Shown: piece by piece, positions 28,295 through 38,354 of the stretch
How the letters are laid out: every line of letters begins with the position of its first letter
Numbering within the stretch: position 1 is the first letter of the stretch
IMG/VR virus record: IMGVR_UViG_3300036770_002122
Coordinates: 1-64,000 of that record
DNA: 64,000 nt
Strand: one strand, 5' to 3'
Source: a virus
Translations under genes and position numbers: made by a program
Notes under the pieces: generated by a model
What the model saw: the letters and a program-made list of their open reading frames with translations, nothing else
Told to the model about the DNA's origin: nothing
The model's database searches: none

Positions 28295-29675
28295 TGTACA
28301 AACGTTATTCTTGCGTATGATGGTAACAAACGCAGAGTTATACACTCGCGTTATGAATATAATGAACGCAGAGAATTTTGATAGGCGTTTGCGTCCAGTA
28401 GCAGAATTTATTACTGAGCATAGTAAAAAATATAACGTTATGCCTGATCCTATACAAATTAAGGCAACAACTGACGTAAGCATAGATAGATTAGAAGAAC
28501 TAGATGATGGACATTATGAATGGTTTTTAGAAGAATTCGAAGCATTTACTAAACGACAAGAACTTGAGAGGGCTATTCTTAAGAGTGCTGATCATCTTGA
28601 GAAGGGCGAGTATGGACCTGTAGAGAAACTGATCAAAGATGCTGTTCAGATTTCTCTACAGAAGGACATGGGTACAGATTACTTTGCTGATCCTCGTGGT
28701 CGTTTGATGGCATTGAAATCAAACAACGGACAGAACAGCACAGGCTGGCCCACACTTGATCAGAAATTGTATGGTGGATTCAATCGCGGCGAACTACAAA
28801 TCTTTGCAGGTGGTTCAGGTTCAGGTAAGAGTTTGATCATGCAGAATCTTGCAGTCAATTGGGTTCAGAATGGATTGAGCGGTGTCTACATCACACTAGA
28901 ATTGAGCGAAGGACTATGTTCGATGCGTATCGATAGTATGATGACTGATACAAGCAGCCGTGAGATTTTCAAAGATATCGATAATGTTGAGATGAAGGTC
29001 AAGATGGTATCAAAGAAGTCTGGTCAGTTGCGTATCAAGTATATGCCAGCACAAAGCAACGTCAACGATATCAGAGCATATGTCAAGGAACTACAGATTC
29101 AAACAGGTATGAAGTGTGACTTTTTGTGTATTGACTATCTTGACTTGATCATGCCGGTAAGTGCAAAGGTCAGTCCTAGCGATCTGTTCGTTAAGGACAA
29201 ATATGTGTCAGAAGAATTACGTAACTTGGCTAAAGAATTGAACGTGTTGTTTGTAACAGCAAGTCAGTTGAATCGTAGCGCAGTTGAAGAAATTGAGTTC
29301 GATCATAGTCACATTTCAGGTGGTATCAGTAAGATCAATACCGCTGATAACGTATTTGGTATCTTTACAAGCCGCAGTATGCGTGAGCGTGGATTGTATC
29401 AGATTCAGTTGATGAAAACACGCAGCAGTTCTGGTGTAGGCCAGAAGATCGAATTACAATTTAACGTAGAGACATTAAGAATAACAGATGAAGGTGAATC
29501 TGCCCCAAAACCACAACCTTCAGGAAGTCAATTATTAAGTCAAATTAAGGTTACTAGTGCTATAGGGTCGTCTACAAACACCGAAAATTCTTCTTTAGAA
29601 GAAGAAAGTAAGAATGTAAGGGCCAACGTGCAAAGCGCAAAACTACGTAGTTTATTGAATAATTTAAAGAATTAA
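28272..29675 (+). CDS. Replicative DnaB-type helicase (T4 gp41-like)
   Basis: GGSGSGKS, ITLELSE, CIDYLDL, TASQLNR, MKTRSS. Confidence 0.93.
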   Translation: MINDYNIDVQTLFLRMMVTNAELYTRVMNIMNAENFDRRLRPVAEFITEHSKKYNVMPDPIQIKATTDVSIDRLEELDDGHYEWFLEEFEAFTKRQELERAILKSADHLEKGEYGPVEKLIKDAVQISLQKDMGTDYFADPRGRLMALKSNNGQNSTGWPTLDQKLYGGFNRGELQIFAGGSGSGKSLIMQNLAVNWVQNGLSGVYITLELSEGLCSMRIDSMMTDTSSREIFKDIDNVEMKVKMVSKKSGQLRIKYMPAQSNVNDIRAYVKELQIQTGMKCDFLCIDYLDLIMPVSAKVSPSDLFVKDKYVSEELRNLAKELNVLFVTASQLNRSAVEEIEFDHSHISGGISKINTADNVFGIFTSRSMRERGLYQIQLMKTRSSSGVGQKIELQFNVETLRITDEGESAPKPQPSGSQLLSQIKVTSAIGSSTNTENSSLEEESKNVRANVQSAKLRSLLNNLKN

Positions 29676-29705
29676 AACAGCCCGTTTATAGATAAATACT
29701 ATATT

Positions 29706-29954
29706 ATGCAAAAGCGTACACGTAGTCTGTTGGAAGAACTAGAATCTATAGGTAGTAATAGAGATATTAACCACGTTATTGAAAACAGAGCCAATAACGT
29801 TATCACAAGTGCTATTAATTTAGTAGAATTGATCTATAGAAACTATAGCCCTGAAAAGGCAGAATTATTAGAAAAGAAACTTCTTTCCGCTATTAAGAGT
29901 AAAGAGCCTACACGCTTTGCTAAATCGTTGAAGAAGAAACATGAAAATAAATGA
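29706..29954 (+). CDS. Hypothetical late protein
   Basis: 82-aa ORF; TAAATA 7 nt upstream. Confidence 0.7.
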   Translation: MQKRTRSLLEELESIGSNRDINHVIENRANNVITSAINLVELIYRNYSPEKAELLEKKLLSAIKSKEPTRFAKSLKKKHENK

Positions 29955-30729
29955 AGGCTGGTTTGATAATATAGAAAATCTTTATAAAGGATTTAAAGGA
30001 AGTAAAAATACTCCCAAAGGCTTTAGTGCCTTTAAAAACTGGCAAGCAAGACGTAAGAGCGGTTTATCCAAAGAACAGCAATTAGCCTACGATAATTTTG
30101 TTAAGAAATTTGTTACTAGCGGTGTTAATGCGATTAACACTGCTGTAAAAGCCGGTCTAGTAGATGTACAATCAGGCAATGTTTCAGGTAGTTATTCAGT
30201 ACCTCAAAAGAAACAAAAGGGTACCACAAATCAACAGCAGGCAAAAAAATCATCTGCTAAAACATCAGCCCCTCCCGCTTACAAACCCGTAGTAAGAAAA
30301 GATAAGACAACAGGGGAATGGTTACCTGTTACACTCACATATGACGGTATAAAATATACTAAAACAAATAAAGGTTGGATGGATGATAAAAATCAACTTG
30401 CAAAGCAGGATTATCAAACACATTTGGATAAAATTTTAGCACAATCTTTAGCAGAAGCCATAGAATATATTAAGATGCAAAGATTATATGAAAATATAGT
30501 TAGCGAAGCGGTTAAAAGTATATCACAATGGACTAAAGATCACTTTGTTATGCCTTACTTACAAGGCATAGATTTATCTTCAGCATCAGAACAAATCAAT
30601 GATATACTTCAAAATTTACCTAACAGTTATGCTAACAATACTTTAGCAGACGATCTTACTAAAATTGCAGATATAGCCTGGGCTATTGAAATGGCTACAC
30701 AAGCAAGAAAAATACCGGGTACATATTAA
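29941..30729 (+). CDS. Putative head-internal protein
   Basis: N-terminal MKINE propeptide-like motif; internal SLAE, LYE and IVSE sites. Confidence 0.5.
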   Translation: MKINEGWFDNIENLYKGFKGSKNTPKGFSAFKNWQARRKSGLSKEQQLAYDNFVKKFVTSGVNAINTAVKAGLVDVQSGNVSGSYSVPQKKQKGTTNQQQAKKSSAKTSAPPAYKPVVRKDKTTGEWLPVTLTYDGIKYTKTNKGWMDDKNQLAKQDYQTHLDKILAQSLAEAIEYIKMQRLYENIVSEAVKSISQWTKDHFVMPYLQGIDLSSASEQINDILQNLPNSYANNTLADDLTKIADIAWAIEMATQARKIPGTY

Positions 30730-31871
30730 TGTTAGATTTCTTTATAAACACAAGAAAGATTTTAAATGATCTTTTAAGTGAAGCAAAAGGCCATCTAGAT
30801 CATCCTGAAGATTTGATTATATTACAGGGTGTGTCGGGTGCAGACAGAGCCATAAATTCTATTATTGCCTGCGCACAATCGCCGCAAGCCATTACTATTA
30901 AATGGGATGGATATCCGGCGTTGATATTTGGAAGGGGTCCAAATAACAAATTTAGCATTATGGATAAACATATGTTTAACCGTAAAGATGGTATGGGACG
31001 CCAAATTTATAGCCCGGAAGCATTTGCTGAATATGATAGACAAAGAGGAGTCGACCGTGCAGAACTTACGAATCTCATTAGGAATATCTGGCCCGGCTTG
31101 CAAAAAGCAAGCAAAGGAACAAAAGGCTATTACTGGAGCGACTTACTCTTCAGCCAACCGCTCAAAAGCCAAAAAGGTGTATACAAATTTAAAGCGAATC
31201 CTAACGGTATAACATATACTGTCGATGTTGATAGTGATGTAGGCCAACTGTTAACTAATAAAATAGCAGGAGTAGCAGTACATCAATTTATTTCTCCTGA
31301 TGCAATGTCAACTGATGACGCTCAAAGTTTAGACGGAACATTGGGAGGATTAGTTAATAACAGTGATGTTGCGATAGTTCCTAGTGCGATGCCTATTGTC
31401 CCCAATCTAACAATCGATAAATCTTTAATCGCCGATGCTAAAAAGAAGATATCTAAATATGGGCGAGCAGTTGAAGAATTGCTCAACTCTGCCCCTCAGG
31501 CTCGCAATACGTTCAATCAACTTTTTACAACATACATTAATAAGAAAATTGTATCAAATGATTTGTCTGATTTAAGCAATGACTTTTTGAACTATTTTGA
31601 ACAAAGACCCATGACTGCTAGTATGAAGAAAAAATTAGCAGATCATATTAATAACAATAAAGAGGGTATAGTTGGATTATTTACAATTTGGGCAGCACTT
31701 TACCAACTAAAAATGAATCTAGTAGAACAATTAAATCAGGCTGCAGAACAAAGTCCCGTTAAGGGCTATTTACAGACCGGACAGCAAAGTCAAGAAGGAT
31801 TTGTCTGTCAGGGCTTAAAATATGTAGATAGATTAGGATTTAGTCGTCAAAATTTAGCAGCAAAACGCTAG
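30729..31871 (+). CDS. Nucleotidyltransferase/ligase-like protein (KxDG)
   Basis: GHLDHPED and TIKWDG motif I; late QEGFV..LKYVDR resembling motifs IV/V. Confidence 0.6.
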   Translation: MLDFFINTRKILNDLLSEAKGHLDHPEDLIILQGVSGADRAINSIIACAQSPQAITIKWDGYPALIFGRGPNNKFSIMDKHMFNRKDGMGRQIYSPEAFAEYDRQRGVDRAELTNLIRNIWPGLQKASKGTKGYYWSDLLFSQPLKSQKGVYKFKANPNGITYTVDVDSDVGQLLTNKIAGVAVHQFISPDAMSTDDAQSLDGTLGGLVNNSDVAIVPSAMPIVPNLTIDKSLIADAKKKISKYGRAVEELLNSAPQARNTFNQLFTTYINKKIVSNDLSDLSNDFLNYFEQRPMTASMKKKLADHINNNKEGIVGLFTIWAALYQLKMNLVEQLNQAAEQSPVKGYLQTGQQSQEGFVCQGLKYVDRLGFSRQNLAAKR

Positions 31872-31951
31872 CCAAACCCATGTTTTTATGCTTCAGGCAT
31901 AAATAATAGTATGAGCCTTACGAGGTTCAACACAACACGGAGATTTAAAAA

Positions 31952-32341
31952 ATGGCACAATTTACAAAAGTCAATGGCGACTTTCAACAGGTATTACACT
32001 TAGACGCACCAGAATATACAAATGCTGGTCTAAATGCTGTAAATTCAGGTAAGACAGTTCAGCCACAAGGTCCAAAATTGGACTTCGGTACAATCACATT
32101 CACAGGCGCAGCATCACCAACTGGTGCAGACCTAGCAATTGCTTTCCAAACAATTCAGCAATTAGCAACAGTTTACTTGTATGAGTACACTGAAGTAGGT
32201 GCAAACACTGATACACTAGCAGTTGCAGTATATCCAGTAGGCGCATGGGATTTCACTAACGGTGGTGATCTAGATGCCGCTTTAACAGCAGCCCTAGGCT
32301 ATGCTGTAACTACAGCAGCAACAGCAACTTTCACTAACTAA
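31952..32341 (+). CDS. Small virion protein (decoration-like)
   Basis: Ala/Thr-rich 129 aa; late promoter at about 31900, 5' hairpin TGAGCCT-TACG-AGGTTCA, GGAG RBS, own terminator. Confidence 0.55.
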   Translation: MAQFTKVNGDFQQVLHLDAPEYTNAGLNAVNSGKTVQPQGPKLDFGTITFTGAASPTGADLAIAFQTIQQLATVYLYEYTEVGANTDTLAVAVYPVGAWDFTNGGDLDAALTAALGYAVTTAATATFTN

Positions 32342-32365
32342 TAGTTAGTTTTAGTTGAGAGAAAT

Positions 32366-32398
32366 AAGGCCCGAGAAGTAAAATTCTCGGGCTTTTTT
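32366..32398 (+). terminator. Rho-independent terminator
   Basis: GCCCGAGAA...TTCTCGGGC followed by a T tract. Confidence 0.85.
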
Positions 32399-32415
32399 AT
32401 TGCTGTAAATACGGC

Positions 32416-32859
32416 ATGGCCCATAGAATTAGTTGTTTAACATTGTTTGATATAACAAGAACCGGCATATTAAACAGAGCGAAACCCGGTGATGATATAA
32501 CTGATATAGATCAATGGCTGCGTAAACGAAATACACAGTGTAATTTTGATACTATATTACAAGTTATTTCATTAAGATCACAGCCTGATATAAGTTCAGA
32601 TCCTAAACAAGTTAAACTAAGCAGTTTGTCTGATCATAAATTTGGAAGTAATTACGTTGAAAAACACATTCCTGTATGGACATTTGATTTTGAAGTGCAT
32701 CACTCTTCAGTTTTTGAAGATGGCGTAGAAGAATTAGGATACTTATATAAAGATTGTCATGGAGTTCCTATGGTGAAATGCGATACTCAATACTCTCTTT
32801 TAGACAGTAATTTGGATATAACAAATGAGAAAAGAAACATATACTTTGTTAAATACTAA
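32416..32859 (+). CDS. Hypothetical late protein
   Basis: TLFDIT.TG and QVISLRSQP motifs; TAAATA 4 nt upstream. Confidence 0.7.
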   Translation: MAHRISCLTLFDITRTGILNRAKPGDDITDIDQWLRKRNTQCNFDTILQVISLRSQPDISSDPKQVKLSSLSDHKFGSNYVEKHIPVWTFDFEVHHSSVFEDGVEELGYLYKDCHGVPMVKCDTQYSLLDSNLDITNEKRNIYFVKY

Positions 32860-33298
32860 CGTGACCAAACACGATTTAAAAAGAAAAATTAAGGATTTGT
32901 TTATAGTCCGTGAGGAAGACGGATCCTACAATCTATTTGGTCGGTATCTAATTGAAAACAAGAACGGCGAATATGTATTACAGGAAAAAGGTGAAAATTC
33001 ACAATATACTTTTTACTTTTTAAAGCATGCGGTAACTTGGTGTGTTTTAAACAATAATAAGAACTACAAATACGTCAAACGTGTATTAGAACTCGACAAC
33101 GAACTAATAAGTTTAGACGCAGCTATAGAAAATCACATGCGTCTTGTACGTCAAAACCCTGAAAATTCTGTCATTTATTATGCTAAATTGCAGGAAGAAA
33201 AACTTAAAAAACGCAAAATGCTGGAAGAAATCAATAATTATACTGCTTTAAGCAAGCATATTCAAAGCAAAAAGTATACCGAAAATCAGGATTTATAA
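32825..33298 (+). CDS. Hypothetical protein with C-terminal coiled coil
   Basis: 157-aa ORF; start uncertain. Confidence 0.6.
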   Translation: MRKETYTLLNTNVTKHDLKRKIKDLFIVREEDGSYNLFGRYLIENKNGEYVLQEKGENSQYTFYFLKHAVTWCVLNNNKNYKYVKRVLELDNELISLDAAIENHMRLVRQNPENSVIYYAKLQEEKLKKRKMLEEINNYTALSKHIQSKKYTENQDL

Positions 33299-33344
33299 TC
33301 TAGGATTTGTGATAAATATATTATTATAACTTGGGATTTATTTT

Positions 33345-34046
33345 ATGAAAATGAACGATCTATCATCTAAAAATGTCGCAGTCAAGGCACTAAAAGCCAA
33401 TTTTGACTATAACTTTGACCCTTCTAATTTGTCATATGGTCAAACATTGTCCATGATGACTAGAATTAACGGGCTTATTAAAGAAGCACGAATGATGCCT
33501 GATTATTATACAGCACAAAATGATCCTAGTTATTTAAAGTTAATATTCATGAGCGAAGCATTGCTTGAACATTTTAAAACATTGAAGCCTTCAAGAATTC
33601 TTGTTGAAAATGCCGAAGTAGAAAAATCACAAGTTATTTTGGCAGCACAAGATATGATTGATCAATTGCAGAAAATGTTAGAAGAAACTAACAACATGTT
33701 AGTTAAAGAACTACCTGCATTAGTAGACAGCATTCAAAGTGAAATTGGTGCAAATGAAAGTCAAACATTTAATCAAGCAGCAAGTGAGGCATTAACATCA
33801 CTAAATCAATGCTTAAGTCAAAGCAAGCAGTCACTACAAAGTGCTATGAACGCAATGACAGGTCAAGGTGATATGGCAGCACTAGGTGCTCCTGCAGCCG
33901 GCGGAGAAGAAATTGCTGTAACAGATATCGGCGCACAAGCAGAACCAGAAGGTGAAGTTATCGGCGCAGAAACAGTCGCAGCAGAAGTTCCTGCTGAGGA
34001 ACCAGAAGCAGCACCAGTAGGTGGAGTTGGTCGCGAAAAGAGGTAA
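33345..34046 (+). CDS. Prohead core/scaffold-like protein
   Basis: Helical; ILVE site; acidic Ala/Pro tail ending GREKR; late promoter at about 33313. Confidence 0.5.
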   Translation: MKMNDLSSKNVAVKALKANFDYNFDPSNLSYGQTLSMMTRINGLIKEARMMPDYYTAQNDPSYLKLIFMSEALLEHFKTLKPSRILVENAEVEKSQVILAAQDMIDQLQKMLEETNNMLVKELPALVDSIQSEIGANESQTFNQAASEALTSLNQCLSQSKQSLQSAMNAMTGQGDMAALGAPAAGGEEIAVTDIGAQAEPEGEVIGAETVAAEVPAEEPEAAPVGGVGREKR

Positions 34047-34049
34047 CTA

Positions 34050-34385
34050 GTGTACCTCTTTGAATTCTCAAATCAAGAATTGCTGGTTAACATAATTTCA
34101 GCAACAGACCAACTTAAGCAGGCTATTAAAAAAGGTGAAATTAATAGTAATTGGACATTAGACCAGTTATTAGATTACTTCAATAGTTTTGATGTTGTAT
34201 TGTCTAACCGAGACATTTATAACATGATTCAAGTAGATCCATTAAAATCAGTCATATCTGATGTTAAAGGAAAAGAAGTAGTTTTTAAAGGGGTACCTCA
34301 GCAACCTAAATCGCCTGAAATGCAATCTCCAGAACAAAGTAAAGAGATAGTAGCAAAGATGGCGAAAAAAGCATTGGGTAAATAA
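34050..34385 (+). CDS. Hypothetical protein
   Basis: 111-aa ORF, GAGG RBS, GTG start, N-terminal MYLFE. Confidence 0.65.
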   Translation: MYLFEFSNQELLVNIISATDQLKQAIKKGEINSNWTLDQLLDYFNSFDVVLSNRDIYNMIQVDPLKSVISDVKGKEVVFKGVPQQPKSPEMQSPEQSKEIVAKMAKKALGK

Positions 34386-34425
34386 AATTTGTTTTTTTGC
34401 AACAATTAACATATAATATATTGTA

Positions 34426-34746
34426 ATGTTAATAACTATAACTGATAAAGCCAAAGAAAGATTCACTGAACAACTAGAACAGCGCGGCAAAGGCATAGGG
34501 ATCATTGTAGGCGTGAAGAAAACAGGCTGTTCTGGCTACGCATACACCCTTGAGTTTGCTGATTTACCTATCGAAGGCTTTCATAAGCACTACGATAAAT
34601 TCACATTATTTGTAGATCCATTAGCAGAAACATTTTTAGATGGTATTACAATTGACTACGTAAAGCAAGGATTGAATGAACGTTTTGAGTTTATCAATCC
34701 AAACGAAACAGGACGCTGCGGCTGCGGCGAGAGTTTTACAGTTTGA
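34426..34746 (+). CDS. iscA: Fe-S cluster assembly A-type carrier (IscA/HesB)
   Basis: ITITDKA start, KKTGCSG, CGCGESF. Confidence 0.93.
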   Translation: MLITITDKAKERFTEQLEQRGKGIGIIVGVKKTGCSGYAYTLEFADLPIEGFHKHYDKFTLFVDPLAETFLDGITIDYVKQGLNERFEFINPNETGRCGCGESFTV

Positions 34747-35432
34747 TTTACGTACCTAATAAATTTCCATACAAAGAACTAAAGCGTGAAACAGTAAATG
34801 GTTCACGAAAATATATGACTCCAGATGGACATGCAGTTCCCAGTGTCACCACAATATTAGATGCTACAAAACCAGAAGAAGCAAAACAAGCCTTACGTGA
34901 ATGGCGTAAACGTGTAGGTGAAGAAAAAGCAAAACAGATTACTACTGAGGCTGCCGGTCGCGGAACACGTATGCATAAATGGCTTGAAAACCATATCAAG
35001 ACCGGCAGCACAGGACAACCTGGAACTAATCCTTATAGCATACAAAGCCATACTATGGCTAAGACTATCATCGAAAAGGGGTTGAGCAATTGTCAGGAAT
35101 TTTGGGGTACAGAAGTCAGTCTATACTTTCCTGAAGTGTACGCAGGAACTACAGACCTTGTTGGAATACATGACAATAGTGAAGCGATCATGGACCATAA
35201 ACAGACCAACAAGCCTAAAAAGCGCGAATGGATTGATGATTATTTCTTACAATTAGCAGCATACGCTACAGCACATAATGAAGTATGGGGTACTAACATA
35301 CGTAAGGGTGTTATTTTCATGTGTTCAGCAGATAATCAATATCAGGAATTTATCGTAGAAGGTAAAGAATTCGACTATTATAAGGATAAATGGTTTTCTA
35401 GATTAGAAGAATATTACAAGCAATTCATCTAG
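34743..35432 (+). CDS. PD-(D/E)XK exonuclease
   Basis: PSVTTIL, GTRMH, AGTTD, IMDHKQ, LQLAAY. Confidence 0.85.
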   Translation: MIYVPNKFPYKELKRETVNGSRKYMTPDGHAVPSVTTILDATKPEEAKQALREWRKRVGEEKAKQITTEAAGRGTRMHKWLENHIKTGSTGQPGTNPYSIQSHTMAKTIIEKGLSNCQEFWGTEVSLYFPEVYAGTTDLVGIHDNSEAIMDHKQTNKPKKREWIDDYFLQLAAYATAHNEVWGTNIRKGVIFMCSADNQYQEFIVEGKEFDYYKDKWFSRLEEYYKQFI

Positions 35433-35474
35433 CCCATTAGCATAAATAGTTGTAATACCGGTGTAAGTACAACT

Positions 35475-36812
35475 ATGTCTATTATACAGATTTCTAAAAT
35501 TCAGCAACGTTATGGTGAGTTAGTCGATCTCCCACAACTAGATCAAGCAGAGTTTGGTTTTGCAGCAGACGTAAATCGTTTGTTTATTGGCAAAACTACA
35601 GGCAACACAGAAAATGTTGAAGTTTTAACTGCCTATAGCGATATTGCATTTAGTCAATTAGACGGTGCTGGTAATACCAATTTAAATATCACTGATAGTA
35701 CTTTAGCCAATGGTCAAGTATTAGTATACGACGGTGATAATTGGGTTAATCGCGGCGGGGACGCCGGCGGATATATTAATTTAGGTAGTGTAAGCAATGT
35801 CGCTATTCAAGGTGGCGGCATTAATTATGTGCTTACTACTGATGGTACTGGTAATTTAAGTTGGACTCCTAAAGCGTTTGTTACAGCAAACATTGCTAAT
35901 ATTACTAATGCCAACCCTGGCGTTGTTACTACAGCAGAAGATATCTTTCTAACTAATGGATCCGAAGTTACAATTACAAGTGTCACTGGTATGACGCAAG
36001 TAAACGGTAATTCATATTTTATAGGAAATTTAACTAGCAATTCTTTCGCTCTATATTCTGATATTACTTTAACAAGTCCGGTTGATACTACGCTATTTGG
36101 GTCATATGTATCCGGTGGTATTATAACTTGTGCTCCGGGAGGTAGTGAAGGTTCGGCAAACGCAGCAGGGGTAACTACCTCTGTTCAATTCAATACCAAT
36201 AACTTATTAGATGCTAGCGCAAGTTTTACATTTAATAAAACTACAAACAATTTGACAGTAAGTCCGGGTAATATTATTGTTGGAAATAATATATCAGTGG
36301 GCGGCACTGCAAATATTACAAACTTAAATGTAAGTGGCCCGACAGTCACCACCTCAATCACGACCGGTGACCCATCAACACCAGGTACTATTACTGGTAA
36401 TTGGACATTAACATCGGGATCAAGATTAGAATCAACATACGCTGACTTAGCAGAGTACTATTGCGCTGATAAGAATTACCCAGCCGGCACTGTTTTGGCA
36501 TTTGGTGGCGAACAAGAAGTTACATTAGCAGGTATTGAAACAAATAAAGTTGCTGGTGTGGTATCAGCCGACCCTGCTTATGTAATGAATGGTATGATAC
36601 AATGTGAACATCCTGTAACTATAGCATTACAAGGTCGCGTACCATGTAAAGTAAAAGGCAAAGTTTATAAAGGTGATATGATGGTAAGTGCCGGTGACGG
36701 CTTTGCAAAAGCAGCAATTTCAGAACCTAAAATGGGCACAGTTATAGGCAAAGCATTACAAAACTTTGAAGGTGAAGAAGGTATAATCGAAGTAGTCGTT
36801 GGAAGACTATAA
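35475..36812 (+). CDS. Tail fibre protein (Mtd-N-like N-terminus, peptidase-G2-like chaperone C-terminus)
   Basis: IQQRYG..LPQL..AEFGFA.D..RLFIG; C-terminal YADLAEYY...GRVPCKV..GKAL. Confidence 0.75.
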   Translation: MSIIQISKIQQRYGELVDLPQLDQAEFGFAADVNRLFIGKTTGNTENVEVLTAYSDIAFSQLDGAGNTNLNITDSTLANGQVLVYDGDNWVNRGGDAGGYINLGSVSNVAIQGGGINYVLTTDGTGNLSWTPKAFVTANIANITNANPGVVTTAEDIFLTNGSEVTITSVTGMTQVNGNSYFIGNLTSNSFALYSDITLTSPVDTTLFGSYVSGGIITCAPGGSEGSANAAGVTTSVQFNTNNLLDASASFTFNKTTNNLTVSPGNIIVGNNISVGGTANITNLNVSGPTVTTSITTGDPSTPGTITGNWTLTSGSRLESTYADLAEYYCADKNYPAGTVLAFGGEQEVTLAGIETNKVAGVVSADPAYVMNGMIQCEHPVTIALQGRVPCKVKGKVYKGDMMVSAGDGFAKAAISEPKMGTVIGKALQNFEGEEGIIEVVVGRL

Positions 36813-36825
36813 GATAAATAATATT

Positions 36826-37098
36826 ATGGCAGCAGCAATTTACACACCAAGCGGATCAAGTCAACTTACAGCAGTAGCCACAACTGACAAGGTTCGTATT
36901 TCGACTACTACTAGCGCAATAGCCGTAGCAGTAGGTAACAGTTCAGTTACAGCAAATTTAACAGCCTGTGAAATTATTCCAGCAAACACAGTAAACAATT
37001 CATTTATTGTTGGTGAAGGTAATTACATAGCGTTTATTTCAGTTAGTGGTTCAGGCATCTTCTCAGTCACAGAATTAGGCGCACCAGTAGGCGAATAA
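36826..37098 (+). CDS. Small beta-rich virion protein
   Basis: ATG 5 nt after TAAATA (36815-36820); start trimmed from 36799. Confidence 0.6.
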   Translation: MAAAIYTPSGSSQLTAVATTDKVRISTTTSAIAVAVGNSSVTANLTACEIIPANTVNNSFIVGEGNYIAFISVSGSGIFSVTELGAPVGE

Positions 37099-37140
37099 TC
37101 TCGCGTAATAAAATAGCATTTTTTGATAAATATAACATAT

Positions 37141-37198
37141 TCATAACGTTGTTGTTATGAGTTTATGCGGTTCCCGCCGCGTACCGGCTAGAACCCGG
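37141..37198 (+). promoter_or_regulatory. Structured 5' leader (three tandem hairpins)
   Basis: TCATAAC/GTTATGA, TATGCGG/CCGCGTA and CCGG/CCGG stems between TAAATA (37127) and the AGGAG RBS. Confidence 0.55.
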
Positions 37199-37218
37199 CA
37201 TTATAGGAGAAACAAACA

Positions 37219-38343
37219 ATGGGTCGTCCACTTAAAATCGCAAAAGCCCAAGCAGTCGTAACTATCACAGATACAACTACAGGCACAAATCTAGTAACTA
37301 CAAATGCTAACTTTACTAACTTAGGTATCATTGCAGGTATGCCATTCATCCCAGCAAGTAATATCGGTAATTTAGTTGCAGGTACTACATACTGGATTCT
37401 ATCAGTTGTGAATGCAGGCAACAATAGCACATTTACTGTTTCAGCAACACAACTTTCAGCCAATCCAACATATACTGAATTTGCACTTGCAACTGCATCT
37501 GGTACTGTTTCAGCATCAGTTGGTGTTGTTGACGCATATTTTAACAATCCAATTGGCGGCGCAGGTTATCCAGCAACTAACGCAAATACATATGGCGTAG
37601 TTGGTGGTAACACAGCAATCTATGGTAGTCAAGTATTAGTTGGTGTATGCATGGGTATATCAGGTACTGGTACAATCACAGTAGCAGACGACAGTCCAAA
37701 CATCGACGGTGTTGGCACAGACTTTGCAAACACATTCGTTGACGGTACAATCGTATATGACGTTGATGGTAACATTCTTGGTACTATCGATGACATCGCA
37801 AACGCAAACGCAGTATTCGCTACATTCGCAGCAAATGCTAGTGCAAACGTATCAGGCGGTGCATATACTTATGGTACACCAGAAGCAGGCTTTATCGTTC
37901 GTCAGAAAGGTAAAACAAAGTATCTAGTAACAGGCACAACATCAGGTCTAACTCAGGCTTGCTATACAGCAAATGTTGCTAACACAGCATTAGGTCCTAA
38001 TACATTTAATATCACTGCAACTTATGCCGACACTTCAACAGCATATGTTCAATCATTAAGTGATTACAATAGTGAAGTATTCCCAGCAACTGTGGCTGCT
38101 TCAGCATTGGTAGCAGGTACTGTTTACACTATTGAGTTTGCAGGTGACACGGATTGGACAGCAGTTGGCGCATTTGCTAACATGACTGGTATCACATTCG
38201 TTGCCACTGGTGCTGGCACAGGTACAGGTACAGCAGTATTGTCAAATGTTGATCCTGATGTAATTGCATCATTCAACAGCGCAGTTGCAGCAAACACTGC
38301 AAATGGATTGTTGAACCCTGTTGTAACTATTACTAACGCTTAA
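37219..38343 (+). CDS. Virion structural protein
   Basis: MGRPLK start, IVRQKG..KYLV motif, Ala/Thr/Gly-rich; late promoter and strong RBS. Confidence 0.65.
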   Translation: MGRPLKIAKAQAVVTITDTTTGTNLVTTNANFTNLGIIAGMPFIPASNIGNLVAGTTYWILSVVNAGNNSTFTVSATQLSANPTYTEFALATASGTVSASVGVVDAYFNNPIGGAGYPATNANTYGVVGGNTAIYGSQVLVGVCMGISGTGTITVADDSPNIDGVGTDFANTFVDGTIVYDVDGNILGTIDDIANANAVFATFAANASANVSGGAYTYGTPEAGFIVRQKGKTKYLVTGTTSGLTQACYTANVANTALGPNTFNITATYADTSTAYVQSLSDYNSEVFPATVAASALVAGTVYTIEFAGDTDWTAVGAFANMTGITFVATGAGTGTGTAVLSNVDPDVIASFNSAVAANTANGLLNPVVTITNA

Positions 38344-38354
38344 TAGGTGTAATA

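Noticed and set aside
34743-35432. Cas4-like Fe-S nuclease served by the adjacent IscA
   Set aside because: The protein lacks the four-Cys cluster of Cas4/AddB
37141-37198. tRNA or known riboswitch
   Set aside because: Too short, no acceptor stem, and no aptamer consensus I recognise; kept only as a candidate leader structure
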